Shown here: piece by piece, positions 18,077-28,698 of the stretch
Position numbering within the stretch: the first letter of the stretch is position 1
Layout of the letters: each line of letters opens with the position of its first letter
Assembly (NCBI GenBank): GCA_902782535.1
Contig: CACZNM010000116.1
Span: forward strand, 1-32,029
Source: an uncultured Erysipelotrichaceae bacterium
Lineage (GTDB): Bacteria; Bacillota_I; Bacilli_A; RF39; UBA660
Direction of reading: 5' to 3'
DNA length: 32,029 nucleotides
The notes under the pieces: generated by a model
Told to the model about the DNA's origin: nothing
Database searches by the model: none
What the model saw: only the letters and a program-made list of their open reading frames with translations
Position numbers and translations under genes: made by a program

Positions 18077-18143
18077 AAAAAAAGTTCCCAAAATGACATG
18101 GCATTAGATTCGAGTCTAACTTTTGGTAAATACTTTGATAAAA

Positions 18144-18172
18144 TTGACTTAAATGTGTAGATATTATATACT
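18144..18172 (+). promoter_or_regulatory. sigma70 promoter
   Basis: TTGACT (18144-18149), 17 nt, TATACT (18167-18172). Confidence 0.65.
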
Positions 18173-18192
18173 CTTCTAAGAGGAGGAAATAT

Positions 18193-18675
18193 ATGGAACT
18201 TAATTATGATTTTAGGAATTTAACATATGAAGATATTCAAATGTGGAGTCATGCACCCCATTCAACAAAATATGATTTATGTTATCGTATAGCTGAAGAT
18301 GAAGAATTAAAACATGATAAAATTGCTCTTATGAATATAGTATCTATTCATGGTGTAGAACCATGGATACTGGATTATATTGGTGATGATGTAAGAAATG
18401 ATATGGAATTTTTAACTGTTTTAATTAATTCTACCGATGAGACTAGGTTTTCTTTTAATGAATTTTTTACAAGGAATGATGATGGTTTTACTTTTAAATA
18501 TGTAGACAAAATTTCTCCAGAAATTAGATGTAATGAAATGTTTTGGGATATTTTGAATGCACATTCTTTTGAATTATCTAAAAAAAATCCACAAATGAGT
18601 ATATATAGATTTGATAAAGCAACCGAAATTTCTAAAGCTCAATCTGAATTAGAACAAAAAGGAAAAAGATTATAA
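18193..18675 (+). CDS. hypothetical protein with DUF4116-like helical repeats
   Basis: 'ELKHDKIALMNIVSIHG...LDYIGDDVRNDMEFL...ISPEIRCNEMF'; SD GAGGAGG. Confidence 0.55.
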   Translation: MELNYDFRNLTYEDIQMWSHAPHSTKYDLCYRIAEDEELKHDKIALMNIVSIHGVEPWILDYIGDDVRNDMEFLTVLINSTDETRFSFNEFFTRNDDGFTFKYVDKISPEIRCNEMFWDILNAHSFELSKKNPQMSIYRFDKATEISKAQSELEQKGKRL

Positions 18676-18676
18676 T

Positions 18677-18705
18677 AAAAATGCTTATTGCCAATAAGCA
18701 TTTTT
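18677..18705 (+). terminator. intrinsic (bidirectional) terminator
   Basis: AAAAATGCTTATTG-c-CAATAAGCATTTTT, a perfect inverted repeat. Confidence 0.8.
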
Positions 18706-18801
18706 ACGCAAAAAACAACGATTAATGGTTGTATTGATTGGAATCCAGCTAATGAATTTTACAAGTATATGGGTTGGCATTCCTATGCAACATTTAGATA
18801 A
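18706..18801 (+). pseudogene. 3' remnant of a GNAT acetyltransferase
   Basis: Reads TQKTTINGCIDWNPANEFYKYMGWHSYATFR-stop, with the GNAT-type N-x-A-x-x-FY-x-x-MG motif. Confidence 0.5.
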
Positions 18802-18825
18802 AAAAAGAAAAATGAGGTAATATTT

Positions 18826-19377
18826 ATGATGTATGAAACACCACAATTAGAAACAGAAAGATTAATATTAAAAAGAGGAACATATGATGATTTTGTAAAG
18901 GTATATGAATATGATTTTACTAAATTAAGAAATATAAATGGTGAATTTGAATTTGTTAAATATGATCCAGAAAGATTAAAAGGTTGGGAAATCCCTGATC
19001 CTGAAACATACGATTGGCTTTTATATTTAAAAGAAACAATGGAACCTATTGGAAATGTTGTTGCAAATCGAGAACAAAAAGATATTAAAGCAATTGAACT
19101 CGCTTTCAATACTCATCCAAACTATTGGAGAAAAGGTTATACAAGTGAAGCTATTATTGAAATAATGAGATTCTTATTTAAACAAGGGTATGAAAATATA
19201 TTATGTGGATATGATGAAGGTAATATTAAATCAAAATCAATAGGAGAAAAACTTGGATTTTTACCATATGAAGTAGAAGAAAATGCTTGGACAAAAAATG
19301 GTGTATCAATAACAAGATACACAAGTATATTATCAAAAGAAAGATTTAATGAATTATATAAAACAAATAGTAAATAA
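18826..19377 (+). CDS. RimJ/RimL-type GNAT acetyltransferase
   Basis: 'LETERLILK', 'HPNYWRKGYTSEA', 'NIKSKSIGEKLGF'. Confidence 0.9.
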   Translation: MMYETPQLETERLILKRGTYDDFVKVYEYDFTKLRNINGEFEFVKYDPERLKGWEIPDPETYDWLLYLKETMEPIGNVVANREQKDIKAIELAFNTHPNYWRKGYTSEAIIEIMRFLFKQGYENILCGYDEGNIKSKSIGEKLGFLPYEVEENAWTKNGVSITRYTSILSKERFNELYKTNSK

Positions 19378-19502
19378 AGATAATGTGCTAATATTAATAA
19401 ATAATTACTAAAAAGTATAAAAAGCAACTAAAAATAGCTAAAAATAGCATGCCATTTGATACTTGGTATTGACGGTTAACATAATATAAAAGAGGTGATA
19501 TT

Positions 19503-20285
19503 ATGATTTATAATACATGTAATAATATATCTGAATTAAATGATTTAAAGGATTATTTTAATAGTGAATTAATAAATGATTTATATTTTAAACCTAAAAA
19601 AGTTAATAAAGATTTAATAGATGAAAAATTAAATAATTCCAATTATATAGAAAAATTTAATAATATTATAAATAATTATAAAGATTATGATATAGAAAAA
19701 CTAATAAGTGAAAAGATAAGTAATTTTGAAAAAAATACATCATTTAAATTAGATAGTTATAAGATATATGTAATAATAGGTCTTGATACCACTACAATAT
19801 ATTCAATTAAATATAAGGATGAAGATGTTACAGTACTATTACTTGAATCTACAAATGGTAATATGGATAATTTGGACATGTTACTAGCACATGAATTTAC
19901 TCACTTTGTTAGAAGACAAATATTTAAAAGAGACATATTTGAAAATTCTATAGGAGAAAGATTTATAGTTGAAGGTATAGGATGTAATTATTCAAGAGAG
20001 ATAGTACCTAATAAAGAAGACTATGAATATTGTATTGTTAATAAAGATACTGTAGAATGGGTTAAAAACAATATTGATAAAGTAGAAGAACACATGTATG
20101 GTAAAATGGATACAAATGAATTAATGAGTGATTACTTTTATATGTTTGCCGATACGGAAAAAACAGGATTACCTGCAAGAACAGGTTATGTATATGGATA
20201 TTTAAAAGTAAAAGAATATTTAGAAAATAATAATCTAAGAATAAAAGATATTATTGATAAAGATTGGAAAGATATATTGAATTAA
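19503..20285 (+). CDS. DUF2268-type putative Zn-dependent protease
   Basis: HEFTH zincin motif, 'VEGIG', 'PARTGYVYGY'. Confidence 0.75.
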   Translation: MIYNTCNNISELNDLKDYFNSELINDLYFKPKKVNKDLIDEKLNNSNYIEKFNNIINNYKDYDIEKLISEKISNFEKNTSFKLDSYKIYVIIGLDTTTIYSIKYKDEDVTVLLLESTNGNMDNLDMLLAHEFTHFVRRQIFKRDIFENSIGERFIVEGIGCNYSREIVPNKEDYEYCIVNKDTVEWVKNNIDKVEEHMYGKMDTNELMSDYFYMFADTEKTGLPARTGYVYGYLKVKEYLENNNLRIKDIIDKDWKDILN

Positions 20286-20299
20286 AGGAGTTGATCCAA

Positions 20300-21151
20300 A
20301 TGAATGAAAATCAAACTAATATAAACTGGTACCCAGGCCATATGGCTAAAACTAAAAGGGAAATTAAAGAAAAACTAGATTTAATAGATATTGTTTATGA
20401 AATAGTTGATGCGAGAATTCCTAAATCAAGTCGAATAATAGATTTAGATGATATTATCATAAATAAACCAAGAATTATTATTTTTACTAAATATGATTTA
20501 TGTGATAAAAGTATTACTGATAAGTATATTGATGAATTAAATAAAGAGTATGTTGTCTTAGAAACAAATTTAAAGGAAAATAGTAATATTAATAAGGATA
20601 TAATTGCTAAAACAGAAGAATTATTAAAAAATATTAATAATAAAAGACAAGAAAAAGGTCTTAATAAGAGAAATTATCGAGCTTTAGTAATTGGTGTGCC
20701 TAATGTCGGTAAAAGTACTTTGATTAATCGTTTAGCAGGACGTAATGTTGCTAAAACTGGTAATATTCCTGGTGTTACAAAAACTTTATCGTGGATTAAA
20801 TTAAATAAAAATATTGAATTATTGGATACACCGGGTATTTTGTGGCCAAAGATAAATGATCCAATACAAGCTTTAAATCTAGCAAGTTTATCAAGTATTA
20901 AAGAAGAAATACTAAATAAAGAAGAAATAGCAACATATATTATTGAAACATTATATAAGTATTATCCAGAATTATTAAAAGAAAAATATGGTATTGAAGA
21001 TATATGTGATATCAATAATGTATTTGATAAGATAGGACGAAAAAGAGGATGTTTATTAAAAGGTAATATTATTGATTTGGAAAAAGTTTACACAATTATT
21101 ATGAATGATTTAAAGGAAGGGAAAATAGGAAAAGTTAACTTTGATAGATAG
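20300..21151 (+). CDS. rbgA: ribosome biogenesis GTPase RbgA (YlqF)
   Basis: 'INWYPGHMAK', 'DARIP', 'GVPNVGKSTLIN', 'PGVTK', 'LLDTPGILWP'. Start at ATG 20300 after SD AAGGAG. Confidence 0.95.
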   Translation: MNENQTNINWYPGHMAKTKREIKEKLDLIDIVYEIVDARIPKSSRIIDLDDIIINKPRIIIFTKYDLCDKSITDKYIDELNKEYVVLETNLKENSNINKDIIAKTEELLKNINNKRQEKGLNKRNYRALVIGVPNVGKSTLINRLAGRNVAKTGNIPGVTKTLSWIKLNKNIELLDTPGILWPKINDPIQALNLASLSSIKEEILNKEEIATYIIETLYKYYPELLKEKYGIEDICDINNVFDKIGRKRGCLLKGNIIDLEKVYTIIMNDLKEGKIGKVNFDR

Positions 21152-21173
21152 CTTTTCTTTTTTTTAAAAAAAA

Positions 21174-21201
21174 TTAGCACTCATATATTGACAAGTGCTA
21201 A
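21174..21201 (+). promoter_or_regulatory. CIRCE-like element 1 (10-nt spacer) overlapping the -35 box
   Basis: TTAGCACTC-atatattgac-AAGTGCTAA. Confidence 0.75.
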
Positions 21202-21216
21202 TCATAAGATTATAAT
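21188..21216 (+). promoter_or_regulatory. consensus sigma-A promoter of the hrcA-dnaK operon
   Basis: TTGACA (21188-21193), 17 nt, TATAAT (21211-21216). Confidence 0.9.
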
Positions 21217-21220
21217 GGTA

Positions 21221-21247
21221 TTAGCAATCAGAAAAAGAGAGTGCTAT
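21221..21247 (+). promoter_or_regulatory. CIRCE element 2 (HrcA operator)
   Basis: TTAGCAATC-N9-GAGTGCTAT. Confidence 0.85.
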
Positions 21248-21260
21248 TTTGGAGGTAGAG

Positions 21261-22268
21261 ATGCTTACTAAAAGACAAAATGAAATATTAAAATTAATTG
21301 TTATGTCTTATATTAAACTTGCACATCCTGTTCCGTCTAGTCTTATTTGTGAAGAACTTAATTGTTCCTCTGCAACGGTAAGAAATGAAATGGTTGCTTT
21401 GGAAGAGGCTGGTTACTTAGAAAAAACGCATACATCATCTGGACGAGTACCATCTGAGGCTGGCTATAGGTATTACGTTGATAATTTGATGGATAAAGCA
21501 AATATTAATAAAGATGAAGAATATAAATTACAAACAATTTTCGCTAATCGTCAATTAGAATTATCTGATGTAATTACCAAGAGTTTACAAATAGTATCAG
21601 ATATGACTTTATATACATCGGTTATTTTAGATGAAAAATCACATGAGAATAAACTTAAAGAAATAAGTGTTGTTCCCATTAATAATACGGAGATGGTTGT
21701 TTTAATTGTTACAGATAAAGGTTATGTTGAACATAAAGATTTAAGACTTGATGATGTTAGTTTAGATGATATTAAAAATACCGTTAAATTAATCAATGAT
21801 TTAATTGTTGGTACACCAATTGATGAAATAAGTAGTAAGTTGGAATTTGATATTAAACCTATTATTTCAAAATATGTTAAGCAACATGAAATGTTATACA
21901 AAGCTTTCTATAATGTTTTTGAAGATATATCGAAACCTGGTAGTAACATTAATGTTGTTGGTAAAAATAATATCTTTAAACATAAAGAATTTAATGATAT
22001 CGATAAAGTTCAAGATATCTTTGAAAAATTGGATGATAAAGATACGATGCTTAGTATTAAAGAAGAAAATGATAATGATATAAAGGTATATATTGGTCAT
22101 GAAAGTAACTTGGATGATGATGTAACAGTGATTAAAACAAGTTACAAAACGGACAAAGATAATGGTACAATTGCCATAATTGGTCCAAAGAGAATGGAAT
22201 ATTCAAGAGTTGTTAATCTTCTTGATTATATAAAGAAGCAGATTGAGAGGGATGAAAATGGAAAATGA
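21261..22268 (+). CDS. hrcA: heat-inducible transcription repressor HrcA
   Basis: 'MLTKRQNEIL', 'SSATVRNEM..LE..GYLEKTHTSSGRVPSEAGYRYYVD', 'IIGPKRMEY'. Start at ATG 21261 after GGAGGT. Confidence 0.95.
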   Translation: MLTKRQNEILKLIVMSYIKLAHPVPSSLICEELNCSSATVRNEMVALEEAGYLEKTHTSSGRVPSEAGYRYYVDNLMDKANINKDEEYKLQTIFANRQLELSDVITKSLQIVSDMTLYTSVILDEKSHENKLKEISVVPINNTEMVVLIVTDKGYVEHKDLRLDDVSLDDIKNTVKLINDLIVGTPIDEISSKLEFDIKPIISKYVKQHEMLYKAFYNVFEDISKPGSNINVVGKNNIFKHKEFNDIDKVQDIFEKLDDKDTMLSIKEENDNDIKVYIGHESNLDDDVTVIKTSYKTDKDNGTIAIIGPKRMEYSRVVNLLDYIKKQIERDENGK

Positions 22269-22824
22269 TGTAAAACAAGAAACAAAAGAAGAAAAGCTAG
22301 AAGAATTAAAAAAGCGCCATGAAAGACGTGATAAAAGAAGAGAGAATAAAGAAGAAAAAGATAAGAAAGATGAAATGATTAAATCCTTATCAGAAAATGT
22401 TGAAGAACTTCAAAATAAACTCTTGTATAATCAAGCTGAGTTTGCAAACTATAAAAGGAGAAGAGAAGAAGAAACAAGGAATATGCTTAAATATCAAAAC
22501 TTTGATATAGCATTAGAACTTATCAATGTTGTGGATAGTTTTGAAAGAGCGGTTAGTATTCCTGATGATAAATTATCGGATGAAGTTAAAAAATATTTAA
22601 GTGGGTTTAAGATAATGTATACGAATTTAATTAATATTTTAAATAAGTTCGAGATACATGAAATTGATGTCTTAAATAAAGAATTTGATCATAATACTTC
22701 ACAAGCTTTAATGACAGAACATCGTGATGGTATATCTTCTGGAATTGTAATTGAAGTATTACAAAAAGGATATATGATAAAAGATAAACTATTACGTGTG
22801 GCACTTGTTAAGGTTAGTGAATGA
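22258..22824 (+). CDS. grpE: nucleotide exchange factor GrpE
   Basis: 'QAEFANYKRR', 'VDSFERA', 'FDHN', 'VLQKGYMIKDKLLRVALVKVS'. Start is probably 22258 (or 22252). Confidence 0.93.
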   Translation: MENDVKQETKEEKLEELKKRHERRDKRRENKEEKDKKDEMIKSLSENVEELQNKLLYNQAEFANYKRRREEETRNMLKYQNFDIALELINVVDSFERAVSIPDDKLSDEVKKYLSGFKIMYTNLINILNKFEIHEIDVLNKEFDHNTSQALMTEHRDGISSGIVIEVLQKGYMIKDKLLRVALVKVSE

Positions 22825-22825
22825 T

Positions 22826-23087
22826 ATGAATGACAATGAATTAGATAAATATTCAATGGATTTTCTTGATAAACCAATTTCAAATATTGAAGATAGCTAT
22901 AAAAAGAAATCTTTTGTTTGTAGTATGTATCTATTAAAATACATCAATGATAAAGACAAAGATGCATATAATAATTTTGTTTTAATGTTTAAAAACTTAA
23001 ATTACGAAGATAAAATACAAGTTTTATTAAGTGTAAAAAATAATTTAAGTAAACAAGAACATATAAAAGTAAAGAAAAAGGATATAC

Positions 23088-23095
<8 letters not shown>
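22826..23095 (+). CDS. small hypothetical protein A (89 aa) inside the dnaK operon
   Basis: ATG lies 1 nt after the grpE stop, and the stop overlaps the next ATG. Similar to the 23088 ORF. Confidence 0.7.
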
Positions 23096-25203
<2,108 letters not shown>

Positions 25204-25209
25204 GTATAA

Positions 25210-25227
25210 GTCCTAGGAATCTAGGAC
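25210..25227 (+). terminator. stem-loop after dnaK (weak terminator or mRNA stabiliser)
   Basis: GTCCTAG-gaat-CTAGGAC, with only a short T tract. Confidence 0.5.
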
Positions 25228-25252
25228 CTTTGCTTATTAGGGAAAGGATAAT

Positions 25253-27043
25253 ATGAAACAAAAAAATCGTAGTGAAATCAAATTAGAAGATACATGGGAT
25301 TTAACATATATTTTTAAAGATAAAAAAGCCTTTTTAAAAGCCTTAGATGATGTTAAACCTTTAATTTTGGATATTTCTAAATACAAAGGAAAAATTCTAG
25401 AGAGTGCCAATAAACTTTTATCCTTTTTGGAATTTAGTGACGATATTGAAAGAAAACTTTATAAATTATATTATTATGCTCATTTATCATTAGATGTTGA
25501 TACGACTAATACTTTATCTCAAGAAATGGAAGGTAAAGTAAGTAATTTGCTTCAAGAATATAGTGTTTTATCAAGTTTTGTTGTACCAGAGTTGTTAAAA
25601 AGTAACTATAGTGTTGTAGAAGAGTATATCAAAAAAAATAAAGATTTAGAAAAATATCGCTTTAATTTAGAATGTATTTATCGTTATCAAAATCATTCTT
25701 TAAGTGAAGAGATGGAAAAAACTTTATCAACACTTTCTAAAAGTTTTATTGCAGATGATACTTTTGAAGCTTTAACTGATGCGGATATTACTTTTCCATC
25801 CATTTTAATAGATGGTAAAAAAGTAGAACTTACAGAGAGTAATTATAACTCATATATAAGAAGTGCTAATCGAAATACAAGAAAGAAAGCATTTACTAAT
25901 CTTTTAAAAACATATGGAAATTATAAAAATACTCTTGCTAAAACTTTTAGTGGTAATGTAGAATTATTAACTAGTATGGCTAAAATTAAAAAATTCAATT
26001 CTAGTTTAGAGGCTAGTTTATATAAGGATAATATAAAAGTAGAAGTATACAATAAATTAATTGATACGGTTAATAAGCATTTGGATGTTTTATATAAATA
26101 TTATGCTTTAAAGAAAAAAGTATTAGGCTTATCTAGATTACATTTATATGATATTTATACACCACTTGTTAAAGATAACGATAAAAAATATAGTTTTAAT
26201 GAAGCGAAAAATATAGTTATAAAAGCCTTAAGTATTTTAGGTGATGATTATATTAAGAATCTTAATAAAGCTTTTGATGAACGCTGGATTGATATTTATA
26301 ACAACAAAGGAAAAAGGGGAGGAGCATATTCTAGTGGTTTTTACGATACTAAACCATATGTTCTTTTGAATTTTGAAGGAAGATATGAAGATGTTACCAC
26401 ACTTGCTCATGAATTAGGGCATTCTATGCATACATATTATTCTTGTTCAAATCAGCCATATAATTTATCTAGTTATAATATTTTTGTTGCTGAAGTAGCA
26501 TCAACAGTTAATGAGTTATTATTAGTTCATTATTTAATAAAGAATAGTAAAGATAAAAATGAAAAATTATTTCTATTAAATCAATTGATGGAATTATATA
26601 AAGGAACAATATATCGACAAGTTATGTTTGCTGAATTTGAACGTGATATGCATGCTGATTTGGAAAAAGGCGAAGTATTAACAAACGAATATTTATCAAG
26701 TAAATACTATGAACTTGTTAAGAGATATTTTGGTAAAGATGTTGTTTGTGATGAATTAATTAAAAATGAATGGATGAGAATTCCGCATTTCTATTACGAT
26801 TTTTATGTTTATAAATATGCTATTGGTCTTTCATGTGCTACAAAAATAGTAGATGGTATTTTAAATAACAAAAAGGATGCCTTAAACAATTATTTATGTT
26901 TCTTAAAAACAGGTGGAAGTATGTATCCTGCAGATGAACTTTTAGTAGCGGGTGTTAATGTTTTTGAAAAAGATGTATATGAAAGTGCGATAAATGCATT
27001 TAATAGCTTTATTGATTCCTTTAATGAAATATATAAAGAATAG
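25253..27043 (+). CDS. pepF: oligoendopeptidase F (M3B)
   Basis: 'RSEI..EDTWDL', 'GKRGGAYS', 'TLAHELGHSMH', 'FVAEVAST', 'WMRIPHFY..FYVYKYA'. Confidence 0.95.
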   Translation: MKQKNRSEIKLEDTWDLTYIFKDKKAFLKALDDVKPLILDISKYKGKILESANKLLSFLEFSDDIERKLYKLYYYAHLSLDVDTTNTLSQEMEGKVSNLLQEYSVLSSFVVPELLKSNYSVVEEYIKKNKDLEKYRFNLECIYRYQNHSLSEEMEKTLSTLSKSFIADDTFEALTDADITFPSILIDGKKVELTESNYNSYIRSANRNTRKKAFTNLLKTYGNYKNTLAKTFSGNVELLTSMAKIKKFNSSLEASLYKDNIKVEVYNKLIDTVNKHLDVLYKYYALKKKVLGLSRLHLYDIYTPLVKDNDKKYSFNEAKNIVIKALSILGDDYIKNLNKAFDERWIDIYNNKGKRGGAYSSGFYDTKPYVLLNFEGRYEDVTTLAHELGHSMHTYYSCSNQPYNLSSYNIFVAEVASTVNELLLVHYLIKNSKDKNEKLFLLNQLMELYKGTIYRQVMFAEFERDMHADLEKGEVLTNEYLSSKYYELVKRYFGKDVVCDELIKNEWMRIPHFYYDFYVYKYAIGLSCATKIVDGILNNKKDALNNYLCFLKTGGSMYPADELLVAGVNVFEKDVYESAINAFNSFIDSFNEIYKE

Positions 27044-27056
27044 GAAGTGAAGTATT

Positions 27057-28178
27057 ATGAATAAAAGAGATTATTACGAAGTATTAGGTGTTTCCAAGAC
27101 AGCAACTGATGACGAAATTAAAAGCGCTTTTCGTAAATTAGCGAAAAAATATCATCCCGATATTAATAAAGATCCTGATGCTCCTGCTAAATTTAAAGAA
27201 GCCCAAGAAGCATATGCGGTTTTATCAGATAAAAATAAAAGAGCACAATATGATCAATTCGGACATGCTGCCTTTGAAAACAATGGTATGGGTGGATTCT
27301 CAACAGGTGGCTTTGATTTTTCAGATTTCGATATCGATCTTGATGATATTTTAGGAAATGTTTTTGGTGGTGGTTTTGGCTTTTCTGGTGGAAGAAGAAA
27401 ATCTTCTTCAAGGAAGCATCGCGGTAATGATTTATTAAAAAGCATCAATTTATCTTTTGAAGAAGCAGCCTTTGGTTGCGAGAAAGATTTAAAGATTGAT
27501 GTTAATAGTAAATGTCCAGAATGTAATGGTGATGGTGGCTTTGATAAAGAGACTTGTTCAAAATGTCATGGTAGTGGAGCAATAACTAGTGAACAACGTA
27601 CGATATTTGGAGCATTTATGACTAAGACAACGTGTCCTACTTGTGATGGAGCAGGAGTAACTTATAAAAAACGTTGTACTAAATGTCGTGGTACAGGTTT
27701 TGTTAAAGAGAATAAAACTATTACCGTTAAGATACCAAGTGGTATTGATAATGGTATGCGATTAAGACTTAGTGGTAAAGGTGAAGCAAGTCCTGACGGT
27801 GGAGAAAATGGTGACTTATATTTAGAATTTTCTGTTTCAAAACACGATTTCTTTGAAAGAAATGGTGATGATATTATCCTTGAAGTACCAATTAATTTAG
27901 CCGAAGCAGCCCTAGGTTGTAAGAAAGATATTAAAACATTATCTAGTATTATTACTTTACAAGTACCAGCAGGAACAAATAGTGGTGACAAACAACGAAT
28001 TAAAGCACGTGGTATTAAAAATAGTACAACAGGTAATACTGGTGATATGTACATTATCTTTAAAGTTATTACACCAAGTAAACTTACACGAGAACAAAAG
28101 AATATTTTAGAAAAATTAAATGAAACAAATTTAAATACTAGTGAAATTGATAGATTTAATCGCTTTGTTGAAAAATAA
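27057..28178 (+). CDS. dnaJ: chaperone DnaJ
   Basis: J-domain with HPD, G/F-rich region, four CxxCxGxG repeats. Confidence 0.97.
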   Translation: MNKRDYYEVLGVSKTATDDEIKSAFRKLAKKYHPDINKDPDAPAKFKEAQEAYAVLSDKNKRAQYDQFGHAAFENNGMGGFSTGGFDFSDFDIDLDDILGNVFGGGFGFSGGRRKSSSRKHRGNDLLKSINLSFEEAAFGCEKDLKIDVNSKCPECNGDGGFDKETCSKCHGSGAITSEQRTIFGAFMTKTTCPTCDGAGVTYKKRCTKCRGTGFVKENKTITVKIPSGIDNGMRLRLSGKGEASPDGGENGDLYLEFSVSKHDFFERNGDDIILEVPINLAEAALGCKKDIKTLSSIITLQVPAGTNSGDKQRIKARGIKNSTTGNTGDMYIIFKVITPSKLTREQKNILEKLNETNLNTSEIDRFNRFVEK

Positions 28179-28199
28179 AAACGCTTATTGCGTTTTTTT
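28177..28199 (+). terminator. intrinsic terminator of the heat-shock cluster
   Basis: AAAAACGC-ttatt-GCGTTTTTTT. Confidence 0.75.
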
Positions 28200-28202
28200 G
28201 TA

Positions 28203-28231
28203 TGGACTTCTCTTATCTTTTTTGATACAAT
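28203..28231 (+). promoter_or_regulatory. sigma70 promoter
   Basis: TGGACT (28203-28208), 17 nt, TG-a-TACAAT. Confidence 0.55.
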
Positions 28232-28252
28232 AGTATTAGATTAGGAGAGAGT

Positions 28253-28684
28253 ATGAAAAAGAAAGATTATAACTTATCAATAAGAATAGGCATAATTATA
28301 TTATTTGTTTTTGCATTTATTATTTTAATTGGAAAGCAACAAGATAGTGAAACCATTTTAGCGGATATTGTTGATAATGAGTTTTATTTAAGAACAATTC
28401 CATCAAAACAATATGTTGTAAAAGATTTAGATGTAATTTATCCTAGGTATTATGTTTTTTATTTCGATAATACTGATAATACATATATAATTCACTCATT
28501 TAATTATTATCAAACTGATAGTCAATACGAATTAGAATTTAGTAATCATCGTAAATATGTTGTTGACTATAATTATAGTGATTATATGATTAGATATGTT
28601 GTTGGTGATGGTAAAGGTAGTTATGATGATATGATAGAGGCTGTACCTTTCATAATTGATACTTTTAATTATAAAGTTTATTGA
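28253..28684 (+). CDS. hypothetical membrane-anchored, Tyr-rich exported protein
   Basis: N-terminal TM helix; SD AGGAG. Confidence 0.7.
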   Translation: MKKKDYNLSIRIGIIILFVFAFIILIGKQQDSETILADIVDNEFYLRTIPSKQYVVKDLDVIYPRYYVFYFDNTDNTYIIHSFNYYQTDSQYELEFSNHRKYVVDYNYSDYMIRYVVGDGKGSYDDMIEAVPFIIDTFNYKVY

Positions 28685-28698
28685 TGTAGGGAGTTATT

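Noticed and set aside
18104-18120. tRNA T-arm-like sequence (TTCGAGT) as an att site
   Set aside because: The stem register does not fit a T-arm (no G53-C61 pair) and no acceptor stem or CCA follows.
19408-19450. Short degenerate tandem repeat (CTAAAAATAG-like units) or minus-strand hydrophobic peptide MLFLAIFSCFLYFLVIIY
   Set aside because: Low-complexity AT-rich sequence with only two exact copies and no SD. It cannot be distinguished from chance or a decayed gene fragment.
8325-20285. CRISPR array, IS element or prophage
   Set aside because: No regularly spaced repeats, transposase, terminal inverted repeats or phage genes were seen.
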